Source: a virus. Taken from it: a stretch of 64,000 nt of DNA. The stretch covers positions 40,931 to 104,930 of IMG/VR virus record IMGVR_UViG_3300021197_000868, one strand, 5' to 3'. The notes beneath the pieces are model-generated. The model was given only the letters and a program-made list of their open reading frames with translations, did no database searches and was not told the DNA's origin. This document shows, piece by piece, positions 31,135 through 41,636 of this stretch. The position numbers and the translations under genes were made by a program. Numbering within the stretch: position 1 is the stretch's first letter; the number at the start of each line of letters is the position of its first letter.

Positions 31135-31479
31135 ATGCCGATAAGTGACCACATAAAAAGAACTCTATTAGATACAATTGTTAGTAATATCAATGAAATG
31201 GTAATTGGTTTCGATGGAACACCGTCTACAGGTTCGGATGGTTCTGCTGGTAGACCAGCCTTGACTATCAATCCTACAGTGAGAATAATAGACGATAGCA
31301 CTATCTTAGTCGAAGGGTTCATACCTGCGACTGAGTCGTTTACTGATACAATTAAAGAGGTCTACATACAGTTCAGGGGCACATCGTCATTCACACCAGT
31401 GGCTAGACACACTATACTACCAATCAACAAAACCACTAAAAATGAAGTGAGAATCCAAGTTTTAATTGAGGTGAAGTAA
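31135..31479 (+). CDS. Putative tail-fibre attachment/collar-like protein
   Basis: GGAGTGA RBS before ATG 31135; MVIGFDGT...IKEVYI...ARHTILPINKT pattern. Confidence 0.5.
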   Translation: MPISDHIKRTLLDTIVSNINEMVIGFDGTPSTGSDGSAGRPALTINPTVRIIDDSTILVEGFIPATESFTDTIKEVYIQFRGTSSFTPVARHTILPINKTTKNEVRIQVLIEVK

Positions 31480-34400
31480 TGAGTACAAATAATCCATTAT
31501 CAGGACATACAGATGGCACTAACGACGGACTAAAAGATGGCGACCATATTCTCTCTCCATCTCTGACTAACTTATACGAAGGTGTACATGGAAATGGTAT
31601 ATTGTTACCCAATGATACAGCCTACGGTGATAGCGATAGAAACGACCCGCCTGATTTACCCGGTGCTATAAGTGCAGGTTCAGCGGCTAATCAGTTCATA
31701 GTCAAGGCTTGTAATGTCATACTAGACGGAGTTGTTTATGCTATAGGTGGTGGGAGTAATATCACCGTTACTTTAACAAAAACTACTACTGAGAAGATAG
31801 GTACTTTCGTAGAGATAGATAGTGGTAAAGAGTGTATTTTCGTAGTTGTCGCTACTGCTGAAGGACTGAAGGTTACTCAAACAACACCAATTACTACAGC
31901 ATCGGGGGCATATCCTACAATCGCTGGTGGTGCTACTTCTTATCTAAAGACTGGTGGTGGTGCTGGGGCAAATCGTCAATCAATAGTATTAGGTACAATA
32001 CGTGCTACTAATAGCGGGGGTACTACTGCTGGTAACCTTAACATTCAAGCGTTATCTGAGTACAATGATAAGCGTGTGTTCGTCAGACCTTCTCCTCTTT
32101 ACTTATCCCCAGTCACTACTGGTGCTGTAGGTGCTACTGCTGAACTTGATGACCACACTGCTTTGGCTCAGATTCATGGCACTGGTCAACATGGTGCTTT
32201 AGGCGCTAACGGTGTTATATGGCAGTCCTATGGAAGTCAACTCGGTAGCACTACTGCTGGTGATAACGATAAAGATGTAGTCTACTATAGTGGTACACAC
32301 GCCGCTCGTTTCACTCGCTCATTATTTGACCGTGTATTAACAAGTACAGCGACCAGTCTTACGCTCACATCAACAGATGCTAACATACTCATACTCACAC
32401 CCGGAGGTAATGCTAATATCATAACAAATGGTACATTCCCTGCTGGTTATGTAATACATATTAGAAATCTACACACTTCAAATTATGTAAGGTTCGCTCT
32501 TACATCTTCTTCGAGTAGTACAATGGTTACTTATTATGAAATAGCGGCTGCTACTTGTGCTAGTTTTGTATGTACTGTGAGCCATGCTGATTACCCAACC
32601 TTTAGTCTATTGATGGATGATACCATAGACACCCCTCAACTAGCCGCTAACGCTGTCACACTCGATAAGATGGCTGGTATAGTAAGAGGTAAAATCATAG
32701 TCGGAGATGCAAGCGGTGACCCTTCATATCTTGCGGCTGGTGCTAACGGTAAACTACTCGTCGCTGATGCAAACGGTGACCCTTCTTGGACTACTGTAAG
32801 TGGTGATGTTACCATAAGTGCTGGTGCTGTAACCATAGGTAACGATAAGATTGACAGTCAGCACTATGTTGATGGTTCAATTGATACAGCACATGTTGGT
32901 GATGACCAAATAACCTATGCTAAGATACAGGATGTATCAGCGACAGACCGCATACTCGGTAGAGATTCTGCAAGTGCTGGTGTTATTGAAGAAATCACCC
33001 CTGCTAATGTACGCACTATGCTGAATGTTGCTGATGGTGCTACTGCCTATAATGACGCAGCAGCAATAGCCGCCGTTGAAGGTGAGTCTACACTGGTGTT
33101 ACAATCAGGAGTTACAGTCGGTACTGATTTAAAATTATCCACATCTTCTGATGATGCTATTATAGAGAATGTAACCAGCGATAAAGATATTATTTTCAAA
33201 GCAAATGATTCAGATGGTGGCGGTGCAGGTCAAGAAATAATGAGAATTGATGGTTCTACTTCAAGAGTAGGTATTGGAACTGCTTCACCAACTACTGCAT
33301 TGGAAGTTAGCGGAGATACGACAATATCAAGAAGTGCTGATTTAGGACAAACAAGAACATTAAGTATTGAAGGAGCAAGAAACGCTACGGGTACGGATTA
33401 TGCAAGAATTGATTTAGAAAATTATGATTCTAATTCCGGTAGTCCGGCTACTTATGTCGGTGCAAGAATTAGTGCAGTTAATGATGCAGATGGAGTTGAT
33501 GATGGGAGTTTAGTATTATCTACTGCTAATGCTGGAACATTAGCAGAAAGAATGAGAATTGATGATGAAGGGAATGTTGGTATTGGTACTGATACCCCAA
33601 CTGCTAAATTACATGTTAAAGGTACAGATGCGGTTTTAACTATTGAGGACACATCAATAGGCATTGCGGCACTTACTAATGCAATGTCGGGAATAAATGT
33701 AGTAAGCGCAGGTATGAATGCAGGCTCTTCTAAGTTTGGAAGCGCAGTTAAGTTTCTATCCACTGACCCTCAACTTACAACCGAGAATCCTAAGTTTTTA
33801 GCGGCATTAATTCCAAGAGCAACAGAAACCTATGACCATGATATAGATGGTGGAATGGCATTAGACTTCGCAATAACTGATAATGCACAAGGGGCGACTA
33901 ATGTCCCTGTTGTAAAAATGACAATTGACCATACAGGTTTTGTTGGAATTGGTACAGATAGCCCCGATGCTAATTTACATGTAGTTGGTGCTGGTTCGGG
34001 CGACCATCTTATTTTAGAAGGAACTTTAGGTAGTGCTGCTACTTCTGCGCCTAATATGGTATTGTTTAGAAATGGTGATGATGCAGCCGCAGATATTGAC
34101 GATAATGATTTAATAGGTCAAATTGTTTTTAGAGGCGAAAATGATGCTAGTACACCCCAAGAAGTAGATTATGCTACAATTGAAGGAGGTATGGATGATA
34201 CATCAGATGGTAGTGAAGATGGTCATATAACCTTTAATTTAATTGAAGCAGGAAATCTTACAGAGTTTATGAGACTTAGAGCCGCTACAAGAGATGTAGT
34301 AGTTAATGATATATCAGACGATATTGATTTTAGAGTTGAAGGTAGCAATAATGCTAACTTATTATTTACTGACGCTTCTGAAGATAAAGTTAGTATTGGT

Positions 34401-35078
34401 ACTGGTACAGTAGATGCTAATGCGCTATTGACAGTTGAAGGTGCAATATCATTAGATGAAATAAGTGCGCCGACAAATACTGCTAATAGAGGACAATTAT
34501 ACACTAATGCAGATAATGAATTACATATGATTGCGGGTAATGGAACTGACTATAAGTTCTTAAAAACAGGACTACATTCTATTTACATCCCTGCTTCTGC
34601 CATGTACCCTAATACAACAAATGGATGTTCAGCATTAACTCAAGTTGAATTGTCTAATGGGCCTGAAATAAAAGTATTAGATTTTGATACTGCTTCTGAT
34701 GAGTTCTGCCAATTTACTATTTCATTCCCTAAGTCTTGGAATGAAGGAACATTAACTTATGAAGTTTATTGGATGGGTGGAAATACACATACTGGTGATG
34801 TTGTTTGGCAATTAAAGGGAGTTTGTTTTGACGATAGCGACCCCGTTGATACTACATTTGGAAGTCCTGCAAATACTACAGCAAAGGCTCATAGTGGGAC
34901 TACTAATGATATTAACAGGTCTGTAAGTGCTTCTGCTTGTACGGTAAAGAATGCTACTACGGATTCAATTACCTTTTTCCAACTTAATAGAGATATTTCT
35001 GCTGATAGTTATAACACCGATGCTAGATTATTAGGAATGAAGATATTCTATACAATTGATGCGGGGAATGATGAATGA
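31479..35078 (+). CDS. Tail fibre/receptor-binding protein
   Basis: Repeated MRID..G.VGIGT..P...L.V.G units; Gly/Thr/Asp-rich; near the end of the tail module. Confidence 0.75.
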   Translation: MSTNNPLSGHTDGTNDGLKDGDHILSPSLTNLYEGVHGNGILLPNDTAYGDSDRNDPPDLPGAISAGSAANQFIVKACNVILDGVVYAIGGGSNITVTLTKTTTEKIGTFVEIDSGKECIFVVVATAEGLKVTQTTPITTASGAYPTIAGGATSYLKTGGGAGANRQSIVLGTIRATNSGGTTAGNLNIQALSEYNDKRVFVRPSPLYLSPVTTGAVGATAELDDHTALAQIHGTGQHGALGANGVIWQSYGSQLGSTTAGDNDKDVVYYSGTHAARFTRSLFDRVLTSTATSLTLTSTDANILILTPGGNANIITNGTFPAGYVIHIRNLHTSNYVRFALTSSSSSTMVTYYEIAAATCASFVCTVSHADYPTFSLLMDDTIDTPQLAANAVTLDKMAGIVRGKIIVGDASGDPSYLAAGANGKLLVADANGDPSWTTVSGDVTISAGAVTIGNDKIDSQHYVDGSIDTAHVGDDQITYAKIQDVSATDRILGRDSASAGVIEEITPANVRTMLNVADGATAYNDAAAIAAVEGESTLVLQSGVTVGTDLKLSTSSDDAIIENVTSDKDIIFKANDSDGGGAGQEIMRIDGSTSRVGIGTASPTTALEVSGDTTISRSADLGQTRTLSIEGARNATGTDYARIDLENYDSNSGSPATYVGARISAVNDADGVDDGSLVLSTANAGTLAERMRIDDEGNVGIGTDTPTAKLHVKGTDAVLTIEDTSIGIAALTNAMSGINVVSAGMNAGSSKFGSAVKFLSTDPQLTTENPKFLAALIPRATETYDHDIDGGMALDFAITDNAQGATNVPVVKMTIDHTGFVGIGTDSPDANLHVVGAGSGDHLILEGTLGSAATSAPNMVLFRNGDDAAADIDDNDLIGQIVFRGENDASTPQEVDYATIEGGMDDTSDGSEDGHITFNLIEAGNLTEFMRLRAATRDVVVNDISDDIDFRVEGSNNANLLFTDASEDKVSIGTGTVDANALLTVEGAISLDEISAPTNTANRGQLYTNADNELHMIAGNGTDYKFLKTGLHSIYIPASAMYPNTTNGCSALTQVELSNGPEIKVLDFDTASDEFCQFTISFPKSWNEGTLTYEVYWMGGNTHTGDVVWQLKGVCFDDSDPVDTTFGSPANTTAKAHSGTTNDINRSVSASACTVKNATTDSITFFQLNRDISADSYNTDARLLGMKIFYTIDAGNDE
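32701..32785 (+). repeat. Intragenic 60-nt-period duplication in the fibre gene
   Basis: TCGGAGATGCAAGCGGTGACCCTTC and TCGCTGATGCAAACGGTGACCCTTC encode GKIIVGDASGDPS and GKLLVADANGDPS. Confidence 0.7.
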
Positions 35079-35518
35079 GTTTTGGTTATGTTGTTTGTGG
35101 ATTTGGTTCACATCCATCAAGAGGAACGCCTTTGGCGGCTTCAATCATTGAAGACGGCTCTGCGCCTTTAATTGATTTAGTAGAACATGCCGATGTTGCG
35201 GGTAGTGGGGTTTTTACTACGGGTGCTGGTGGAATCCCAATATGGGATGTTTCAGTAGTCGCTACGGGCGGTACTGGTAGTTATACCTATACTTGGCAAC
35301 ATGCAGAAGTTCGTGATGTTACTAATTCATTCAGCGTTGGTTCTGCTGGAACAACAAATGCGGCTAGATACAATACTTTGGCTATTGCTGGAACAATTCC
35401 GGGAAGTGCTTCAGACCCACCAAATGACGCTCTTTACGAACTTACATGTACGGTAGATGACGGCGTTGATACCGCACAAGCAACTATCCAATGTGCGGTA
35501 GTTGCTATCCCACTATGA
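35075..35518 (+). CDS. Small fibre-associated protein with Ig-like segment
   Basis: ATGA overlap with the fibre gene; ATGGTGSYTYTW...YELTCTVDDG motif. Confidence 0.6.
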   Translation: MSFGYVVCGFGSHPSRGTPLAASIIEDGSAPLIDLVEHADVAGSGVFTTGAGGIPIWDVSVVATGGTGSYTYTWQHAEVRDVTNSFSVGSAGTTNAARYNTLAIAGTIPGSASDPPNDALYELTCTVDDGVDTAQATIQCAVVAIPL

Positions 35519-35683
35519 TTGAGTGAACACGCTATCCTGCCACATATGACCGCACTCTTTGCAGCACCATAGGCTCAGGCGCTCCTTGTCACCATCAAGG
35601 AAGCGTGCCTGTAGCCGCCTAGGTATATGCTCGTGACCGCATCTGCGACACTTGACTTTCATCTTGTCTAGTAGTCTACCCAT
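35513..35683 (-). CDS. 56-aa zinc-ribbon protein, TFS/TFIIS C-ribbon-like (not in ORF track)
   Basis: Manual translation [56 protein letters not shown]; TGATG coupling to the chaperonin stop; GGTGA RBS. Confidence 0.75.
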   Translation of the reverse strand: MGRLLDKMKVKCRRCGHEHIPRRLQARFLDGDKERLSLWCCKECGHMWQDSVFTQS

Positions 35684-37158
35684 CACTCACCACGTCTACC
35701 GATGATGTCATCTATTCTGAGTATAGCAGTAGTGACTTCGGTTGCACTAGTGATAGCACTTTGAATCAATGACATTGGCTCATAGACTTGAGCGTCATCC
35801 ATGTCTTTAATCCCGCCTGTCTCTATATCAGGACCGAATGGTAGACCTGAGTGCCTCATGGCTAGAACAGTGTCTAGTGCATCGTGACCTGCGTTTTCAG
35901 CGATAGTACCCGGAATAGATTCAAGCGCATCAGCGAATGCCTCTATAGCCATTTGAGCACGTCCACCTACTTCATTAGCGTTAGCACGCAGATGAGATGC
36001 TAGAGCGACATATGTAGCGCCTCCACCGTAGCAGATAGCGTCACCGTTAGCCACTAGTGAGACGACACCCAAAGCGTCATCGAACCCACGTTGAACTTCA
36101 TCGAGTGTAGACTGTGTAGCACCGAATAGAACTAGAGTAGCCTCACTAGATGCTAGGTCACTGCTCACGAATAGATAGTCTACGTCATTGTAACGACGAC
36201 GCTCTATTACTGCTGCGCTTACTTCCATATCTGATTCAGGTATATGGTATGGCTTTACACCAAACTCATTACCTAGCCTCTTCATAGTGCTTTCAGGTAC
36301 TCTTCTCACTACGAAGATATTGCGCTTTCGTAGATACTGTACTACTGTATCATGTACACCATCACGCACTATCACGACATTAGCACCGCTGTCTACGATG
36401 TGTTTTGCTGAGTCAAGCAATTGCTCACGACCAACATTTTTCAGTGTACTATATGAGGCAGCATCAACTTGAACCTGAACATTACCATCTTGCTTCTGCT
36501 CCTCAAGACCGTTATTGATTAGAAGAACACAAGTGCTATCGCCTTTGAAATCTCCATCGTTTGTAGTTACATCTTTGTTTAGAACTACACCGTTGAATAG
36601 ATAAGAGTCAGCCAATGCACCACCGGGTGCTGCTAGAACACGAACGTCTGAAGCGTCACCTACTGCATTGATTGTATCGACACATAGTTGAGCGACCTTT
36701 TGGTCTGAAGTTTCTAAAGACTTACCAGTGATAGCGGTCTTAGCGATAGATTGTAACTGTCTCTCACCTTCAACTGCAAGACTAGGTAGGAATGCCTGTA
36801 CCATGTCTCTTGCTTTACTGTAGCCTTTGTTTACTACATTAGGATGAAGACCCTTGTCAAACAATGTCTCAGCGTTACTTAGTAACTGACCTGCTATGAC
36901 TACGCTACTTGTAGTACCGTCGTAACAGTTAGTCTCCTGAACCTTAGACACTTCTACTATCATCTTAGCAGCAGGGTGGGCACTATCTAACTCACGTAGG
37001 ATAGTAGCGCCATCGTTTGTTACTATGACGTTACCACCACCGTCGACCATCATCTTGTCCATACCCATAGGCCCTAGTGTAGTACGAACTGTACTCACAA
37101 TCCGCTTCACTGCTTCTATGTTCATCCTTTGTGCATTGTGGTTTTTATTTTCACTCAT
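35683..37158 (-). CDS. ths: Group II chaperonin (thermosome subunit)
   Basis: [35 protein letters not shown] and AENAG motifs; helical-protrusion region present; no GroES gene seen. Confidence 0.95.
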   Translation of the reverse strand: MSENKNHNAQRMNIEAVKRIVSTVRTTLGPMGMDKMMVDGGGNVIVTNDGATILRELDSAHPAAKMIVEVSKVQETNCYDGTTSSVVIAGQLLSNAETLFDKGLHPNVVNKGYSKARDMVQAFLPSLAVEGERQLQSIAKTAITGKSLETSDQKVAQLCVDTINAVGDASDVRVLAAPGGALADSYLFNGVVLNKDVTTNDGDFKGDSTCVLLINNGLEEQKQDGNVQVQVDAASYSTLKNVGREQLLDSAKHIVDSGANVVIVRDGVHDTVVQYLRKRNIFVVRRVPESTMKRLGNEFGVKPYHIPESDMEVSAAVIERRRYNDVDYLFVSSDLASSEATLVLFGATQSTLDEVQRGFDDALGVVSLVANGDAICYGGGATYVALASHLRANANEVGGRAQMAIEAFADALESIPGTIAENAGHDALDTVLAMRHSGLPFGPDIETGGIKDMDDAQVYEPMSLIQSAITSATEVTTAILRIDDIIGRRGE

Positions 37159-37760
37159 TTCCAGTTCACCTCTATTTCTACAACTGCCCCATCTTCCAAG
37201 GAGCGACTCTTAATCACTCCATTTTCACGGCCATATTCGTATAGGTCGTAGGTCAATTGTGAATCTTTCAGACAGTATTCTGCTACCTCTAAGTAGCGCC
37301 CTGCTCTCCATGCTTCAGGGGCATCGTGGCTTGACATGCTCTTACCGACATCCAGTGTATTACGGGCCAGTAGTTCTAGGCTCGTAGCGATGTTTTTACC
37401 ACCGGCTTTGTTTACAAGTAATTTAGTATCAATTACATTTTCTGCTTTATTCATTAAGTCTCCAGCAGTCCAGCAGTCTAGTGCTGCATTAAGAACAGGA
37501 AGGTCGAACTTCTTGATGTTGTGACCTAGGATGACACCACCTCCGTCTATGTGCTTCTGTAAGTGGTCACCTAGTATACGTGGGTGTAAGTCATGGACTT
37601 CAGCCCCAACCATCTCGATGTCTTCTTTACTAAACACATGACCGTTTTCACCATCCCATGTTGCTACCACTGTAGGTTCAAAGAGAGAGTGTTTATCCCA
37701 CCCTCCTATCTCATACGAATAGTTACCAGTCTCAATATCCAATGCCATTACTTTACTCAT
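37155..37760 (-). CDS. DEDD(y) 3'-5' exonuclease, RNase H fold
   Basis: ExoI LDIET, Exo[10 protein letters not shown], ExoIII YCLKD. Confidence 0.85.
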   Translation of the reverse strand: MSKVMALDIETGNYSYEIGGWDKHSLFEPTVVATWDGENGHVFSKEDIEMVGAEVHDLHPRILGDHLQKHIDGGGVILGHNIKKFDLPVLNAALDCWTAGDLMNKAENVIDTKLLVNKAGGKNIATSLELLARNTLDVGKSMSSHDAPEAWRAGRYLEVAEYCLKDSQLTYDLYEYGRENGVIKSRSLEDGAVVEIEVNWK

Positions 37761-39163
37761 GCTTCAGCCTCCTTTAGTCTGATGTAAACAACAGCACCGT
37801 CCTTTGCTGCGTTGAACATATATGCCGCCCAATCGTTAAACTTCTTGAACCCTGTGGCTTTGGTGATGTGATGATTCTGACAATACTGTTGGATGACTGC
37901 CGCCTTCTTACGCCAGCCGTCACCACGCTTGTCTAGTTCTACAGATGACACTGAGTTGAACGCTGCCAACCAGTCCTTCCTGTGTACTTCCTTCTCCATC
38001 TTCTTAGCACCGACTTCTACTTCTCCTTCTAACCATTGGATTAGATTCTTGAATAAGTCGTATAGAATATCCTTAGCCATGTCAAGATGCTCACCAGTAA
38101 CTACCCACGTGTCATCCATCATCGCTATGTGTGTAGCGAGGATAACTGAGTAGTTCTCCATAGCAGGTACGAACGATGCAACAACATCAGCGATAGCGAA
38201 GTTAAGGTCTTTCAGTAACCCATAGAAGTCTTCTACCACGTCGTATGTAGCGGCGTAGAATGATTCATCGACAGTGAACATTTCATGCTTGATTGATTGT
38301 ACTAATTTTTCTTGCTCAGAGCGAGAATACTCACCCCATTCAGTAAAAGTAGTTTCAGTTAGATTCAGAACACGGTCACGTAGGCGCTTCTCTAATCCAG
38401 TAAAGTAAGCGACGATGTCATCGTATGATACGTCACCACCAGTACCTTTAGTGAACGCCCGGTTCATACGTATCTGAGAAACCTCTTGTCTTCTGTCCAT
38501 GTCCCAGTGCGACCAGTATAGCAGGACACGCTGGAAGATACCCTTAGTTAGAACGTACTCCTTAACCCCCTTCGGTGGGTAGGTAGTAATCCATAACGAG
38601 GCTAGTGACTCAGTCTCTATCCTCCTACCACTCAAGTGCTTTACTAGCACGTTGCTATTACTGCCAATTGGGTTACAGGCTGACTGTAGATAGAGTACAG
38701 TCTCTTGACTGTGCTTACCCGGATTGAGAATGATAGAGCCTTCATCGAAGTTCAGCGCTTTCTGCCCACCTAGCATACCGTCTGTCTGTACCTGTACCTG
38801 TTCCTTCTTACCGTCTTCATTAACACGGACTTCGGAAGTTACACCACCCACTAGACCAGCATCTGACCCAGTAGTATATGCGTCACTATCTAAACCGCAA
38901 TCCTTCAGTACGTCACCTACGAACTCCCAAGCAATTGACTTACCAGTCCTAGAAGGTTGAATCCAAAAACAATGTACACGTGGGTCAAGGTGAGTTGAAT
39001 CCCACGGTATACGCACATAGGGCGCTGCTACCTGTCCTTGTATAAAGAAGAATGATAGCATCGCTGGTATGTCATTGTCTATACTTACTCTACCGAACTC
39101 CTCCACGTAACCCTTGAAGAAGTCGAACTTGTTGACCACTTGGTATTCTGTTGCTTTGCGCAT
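37757..39163 (-). CDS. AAA+ ATPase, divergent MCM-like replicative helicase
   Basis: Walker A QPSRTGKS, SDAGLVG (compare MCM SAAGL), Walker B LNFDE, Arg-finger-like GIFQR. Confidence 0.65.
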   Translation of the reverse strand: MRKATEYQVVNKFDFFKGYVEEFGRVSIDNDIPAMLSFFFIQGQVAAPYVRIPWDSTHLDPRVHCFWIQPSRTGKSIAWEFVGDVLKDCGLDSDAYTTGSDAGLVGGVTSEVRVNEDGKKEQVQVQTDGMLGGQKALNFDEGSIILNPGKHSQETVLYLQSACNPIGSNSNVLVKHLSGRRIETESLASLWITTYPPKGVKEYVLTKGIFQRVLLYWSHWDMDRRQEVSQIRMNRAFTKGTGGDVSYDDIVAYFTGLEKRLRDRVLNLTETTFTEWGEYSRSEQEKLVQSIKHEMFTVDESFYAATYDVVEDFYGLLKDLNFAIADVVASFVPAMENYSVILATHIAMMDDTWVVTGEHLDMAKDILYDLFKNLIQWLEGEVEVGAKKMEKEVHRKDWLAAFNSVSSVELDKRGDGWRKKAAVIQQYCQNHHITKATGFKKFNDWAAYMFNAAKDGAVVYIRLKEAEA

Positions 39164-39232
39164 ATTCTACCTGACTGGCTACCTATACTTAAACTAAACT
39201 AAAGGCTATACAACCTATACATCATACAACAC

Positions 39233-39251
39233 CGATGCTGCTTTAAGTAGT
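39233..39251 (-). promoter_or_regulatory. Conserved viral promoter motif (partial copy)
   Basis: Minus strand ACTACTTAAAGCAGCATCG, upstream of the helicase. Confidence 0.65.
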
Positions 39252-39295
39252 CTCCGAGGGTACTACTTTTCCAGTAGGAGATTTTGTGTAATTAT

Positions 39296-39994
39296 TTACC
39301 GTTTCACCGTTCTTTGGATATGAACAGCCTCTTCACTGGTGAGAACATTGACTATCATCTGCCTTCGTTGTTCTCCTAATCCCTTGACTTGCTTCAATGA
39401 ATCAGGGAACATCATCTCCTCTATGTTACCACACTTCTCTAGTAGGCGGTCTACTAAGTCAGGGCCTATACCGGGTATAGCCAGTAGGACATCCTTACGA
39501 ACATCGTTAGTAGACACTCTCCTTACAGCCTTAGCACCGTGGCTACTGGCTGGCTTGTGTAACTTGTCATGTAGTTTAGTTACGAACAGCGCAGCCTCAC
39601 TGACGTTAGGAGTATAGAATACCTGACAGTCGAAGTCAGCCATGATGCGAGCGATAGTACCAGTAAGTTCACTCTGTACTCTAGTGTGAGTTAGACGCTT
39701 GCCGTTATTCTTAGCAACGGCTACGTGCTTCGCTACGCTCCCATGTACGAGCAGGAAGAATCTTTCATAGTTAGCATCCATGTTCTCTAACTGTCTCCAA
39801 AGATGACCGCTATGGCTTGATTGGAATAGGTCGCTAATACTCTTGGCTTCTACACATGCAGCCCCAAGTAAGTAGTCACCTACTACTAGAGCCTGTCTAG
39901 CAACAGAGAGTCCTGACTTCTGTGCCTTTCTTAGGATAGATTCGCATAAGGGTCCACGTTCGTTACTGTCTATTATTAGGTCAGGTTTCATCAT
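39296..39994 (-). CDS. ERCC4/XPF-family structure-specific nuclease
   Basis: IIDSNE, GDY and VEAKSISD motifs plus two HhH motifs (IPGIG, VKGLG). Confidence 0.9.
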   Translation of the reverse strand: MMKPDLIIDSNERGPLCESILRKAQKSGLSVARQALVVGDYLLGAACVEAKSISDLFQSSHSGHLWRQLENMDANYERFFLLVHGSVAKHVAVAKNNGKRLTHTRVQSELTGTIARIMADFDCQVFYTPNVSEAALFVTKLHDKLHKPASSHGAKAVRRVSTNDVRKDVLLAIPGIGPDLVDRLLEKCGNIEEMMFPDSLKQVKGLGEQRRQMIVNVLTSEEAVHIQRTVKR

Positions 39995-40233
39995 TTTTCC
40001 TCCTTTGGTTTGTGGGCGATACAGAACTTATGTCCTACCACCCTCCATCTAGCGCATCTATTACCCTTCATTCGATTTCCACGGCTTGATTTACTTATAC
40101 CTTCACACTGCCATTCAGGAGGAGGATGCGCTGTAGAGCACTTGTAGCATTTAGGAAGAAAGCCCTCAATTTTAAGATTACTCGGTCTAACAACTATCAG
40201 TGCCTCGCAGAAATGACATTTTAGTCTAGGCAC
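39991..40233 (-). CDS. Cys/His-rich zinc-finger protein
   Basis: CHFC, CYKC and C-x13-C-x9-C-xx-H. Confidence 0.65.
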   Translation of the reverse strand: MPRLKCHFCEALIVVRPSNLKIEGFLPKCYKCSTAHPPPEWQCEGISKSSRGNRMKGNRCARWRVVGHKFCIAHKPKEEK

Positions 40234-41342
40234 TATTCCATCTCCTGTATACTACCATCGTAATATCTACAGCGTCCAGTACATAGTCCATCGTACTCTA
40301 ACTTACCACATGAGGAGGCTGAGTACCCCTTGTTAGACCCACTACCTATTACTATGCTTTCAACATGTCCCTTCGTAATATCTGCATTGTAGTCAACCCA
40401 GTTCTGCTTTTCTATAATATCACATATGCGATTGACATGTTCAATCTTAGTTTCTGCATCTACCGCTTCAGGTGAAAAGAACCATCTGAAACGGGCTGCT
40501 AAGTATGCCGCTAAGTGGAAGCGTGCTTTGTGAATAGGATTACCATGACCTAACGCTGACTGCGCTAGGCATGGTAGGACAACTATGTCATCAAGAGTAA
40601 CATCAGGTAGGTAGTCTACCTTCTCCACTTTACGTTTGAATGAGTTTCTTCGCTTAGGGAGTTCTATAGACGCAGCCACTGAACCATGTTCTATGTAACC
40701 AGTTCTTGCTTCTTGTGATAATTCCATTAGTCCATCGTGTGTTAATTCTAAGACTTCTTTACTCATCAATGGTATGCTCCAGCATCCTCTTCTAGCATTG
40801 TAGGAATTAGGAATACGAATCATACCGCTAGTATCGAATGCTACAGCAGGGTCATTACAACCAAGGTCTAACTTCTTGTGCCATTGAGTCATCAAGTTAC
40901 GACCACCCTCTTTGATACGCCGAACTTCTTGAGGGGTAGAGGGCATGTATGATTCTGATAGAGGAATCCAAAAATGGAATCCACCACCACTAAACCAAAT
41001 GAAGTGTCTAATGTCTTCACTTAATAGATACCGATGTAGCCTTTTAACCTGCTCGTGCATATATGAGAACTCTACATCAGCACCACGTTGCTTGAAATCC
41101 TTACAGTCGAAGTCCATGATGAAGTGATGTATGACTGGTGTATCATAATCAACACGGTGATTTCTAGGGGGCTTAGTAGCACGATAACCATAGGCTGTGA
41201 AGTAAGCGTTACCACTCCCGTTCTTACCCTTCCAGTAACGCTCTAACTCAGTCCAACTTCTTACTATGAAGCGACCACCCTGTGCCCCATTGGAGCCTAT
41301 TTCTAACACTTCACGTGGGAAGTCTAGGCGCACGAATGACAT
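40233..41342 (-). CDS. Archaeo-eukaryotic primase, PriS-PriL(Fe-S) fusion
   Basis: AEP motifs DFD, SGGGFH and RIPNSYN; C-terminal LPC..H.ARF.LA and C..L...GLC.G.C. Confidence 0.88.
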   Translation of the reverse strand: MSFVRLDFPREVLEIGSNGAQGGRFIVRSWTELERYWKGKNGSGNAYFTAYGYRATKPPRNHRVDYDTPVIHHFIMDFDCKDFKQRGADVEFSYMHEQVKRLHRYLLSEDIRHFIWFSGGGFHFWIPLSESYMPSTPQEVRRIKEGGRNLMTQWHKKLDLGCNDPAVAFDTSGMIRIPNSYNARRGCWSIPLMSKEVLELTHDGLMELSQEARTGYIEHGSVAASIELPKRRNSFKRKVEKVDYLPDVTLDDIVVLPCLAQSALGHGNPIHKARFHLAAYLAARFRWFFSPEAVDAETKIEHVNRICDIIEKQNWVDYNADITKGHVESIVIGSGSNKGYSASSCGKLEYDGLCTGRCRYYDGSIQEME

Positions 41343-41346
41343 ACTA

Positions 41347-41631
41347 TCACGCTGGTAATTCTTTGAGCACTAGTTTCACTATTTCATCAACTGTGTTATC
41401 GACTAAGAGTGATGTATGGATGGTAACTTCTAAGTCCCAAACATTCTTTGATGGAACACTCTTTTCCAAATCAAACCACTCATCTAGTGTCATTTGTTTG
41501 GCCGATATAGCATGTACCACTATGTCATCTTCGGGTAACCCATATCTAAATCTCATAGTATCATCAGGTCTAGTCCACTTTACTGTCTGCTCTACTTCAT
41601 CTAACTTAATTCGTAAATCTTCTCTTTTCAT
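41347..41631 (-). CDS. Hypothetical protein
   Basis: GGAGTGA RBS before ATG 41631; within the operon. Confidence 0.6.
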   Translation of the reverse strand: MKREDLRIKLDEVEQTVKWTRPDDTMRFRYGLPEDDIVVHAISAKQMTLDEWFDLEKSVPSKNVWDLEVTIHTSLLVDNTVDEIVKLVLKELPA

Positions 41632-41636
41632 ATTAC

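Noticed and set aside
898-34504. Many minus-strand and off-frame ORFs inside the structural genes (e.g. 898..1278, 3828..4250, 10006..10503)
   Set aside because: They are shadows of long, codon-biased + strand genes, with Ser/Leu-rich translations, no RBS and no motifs.
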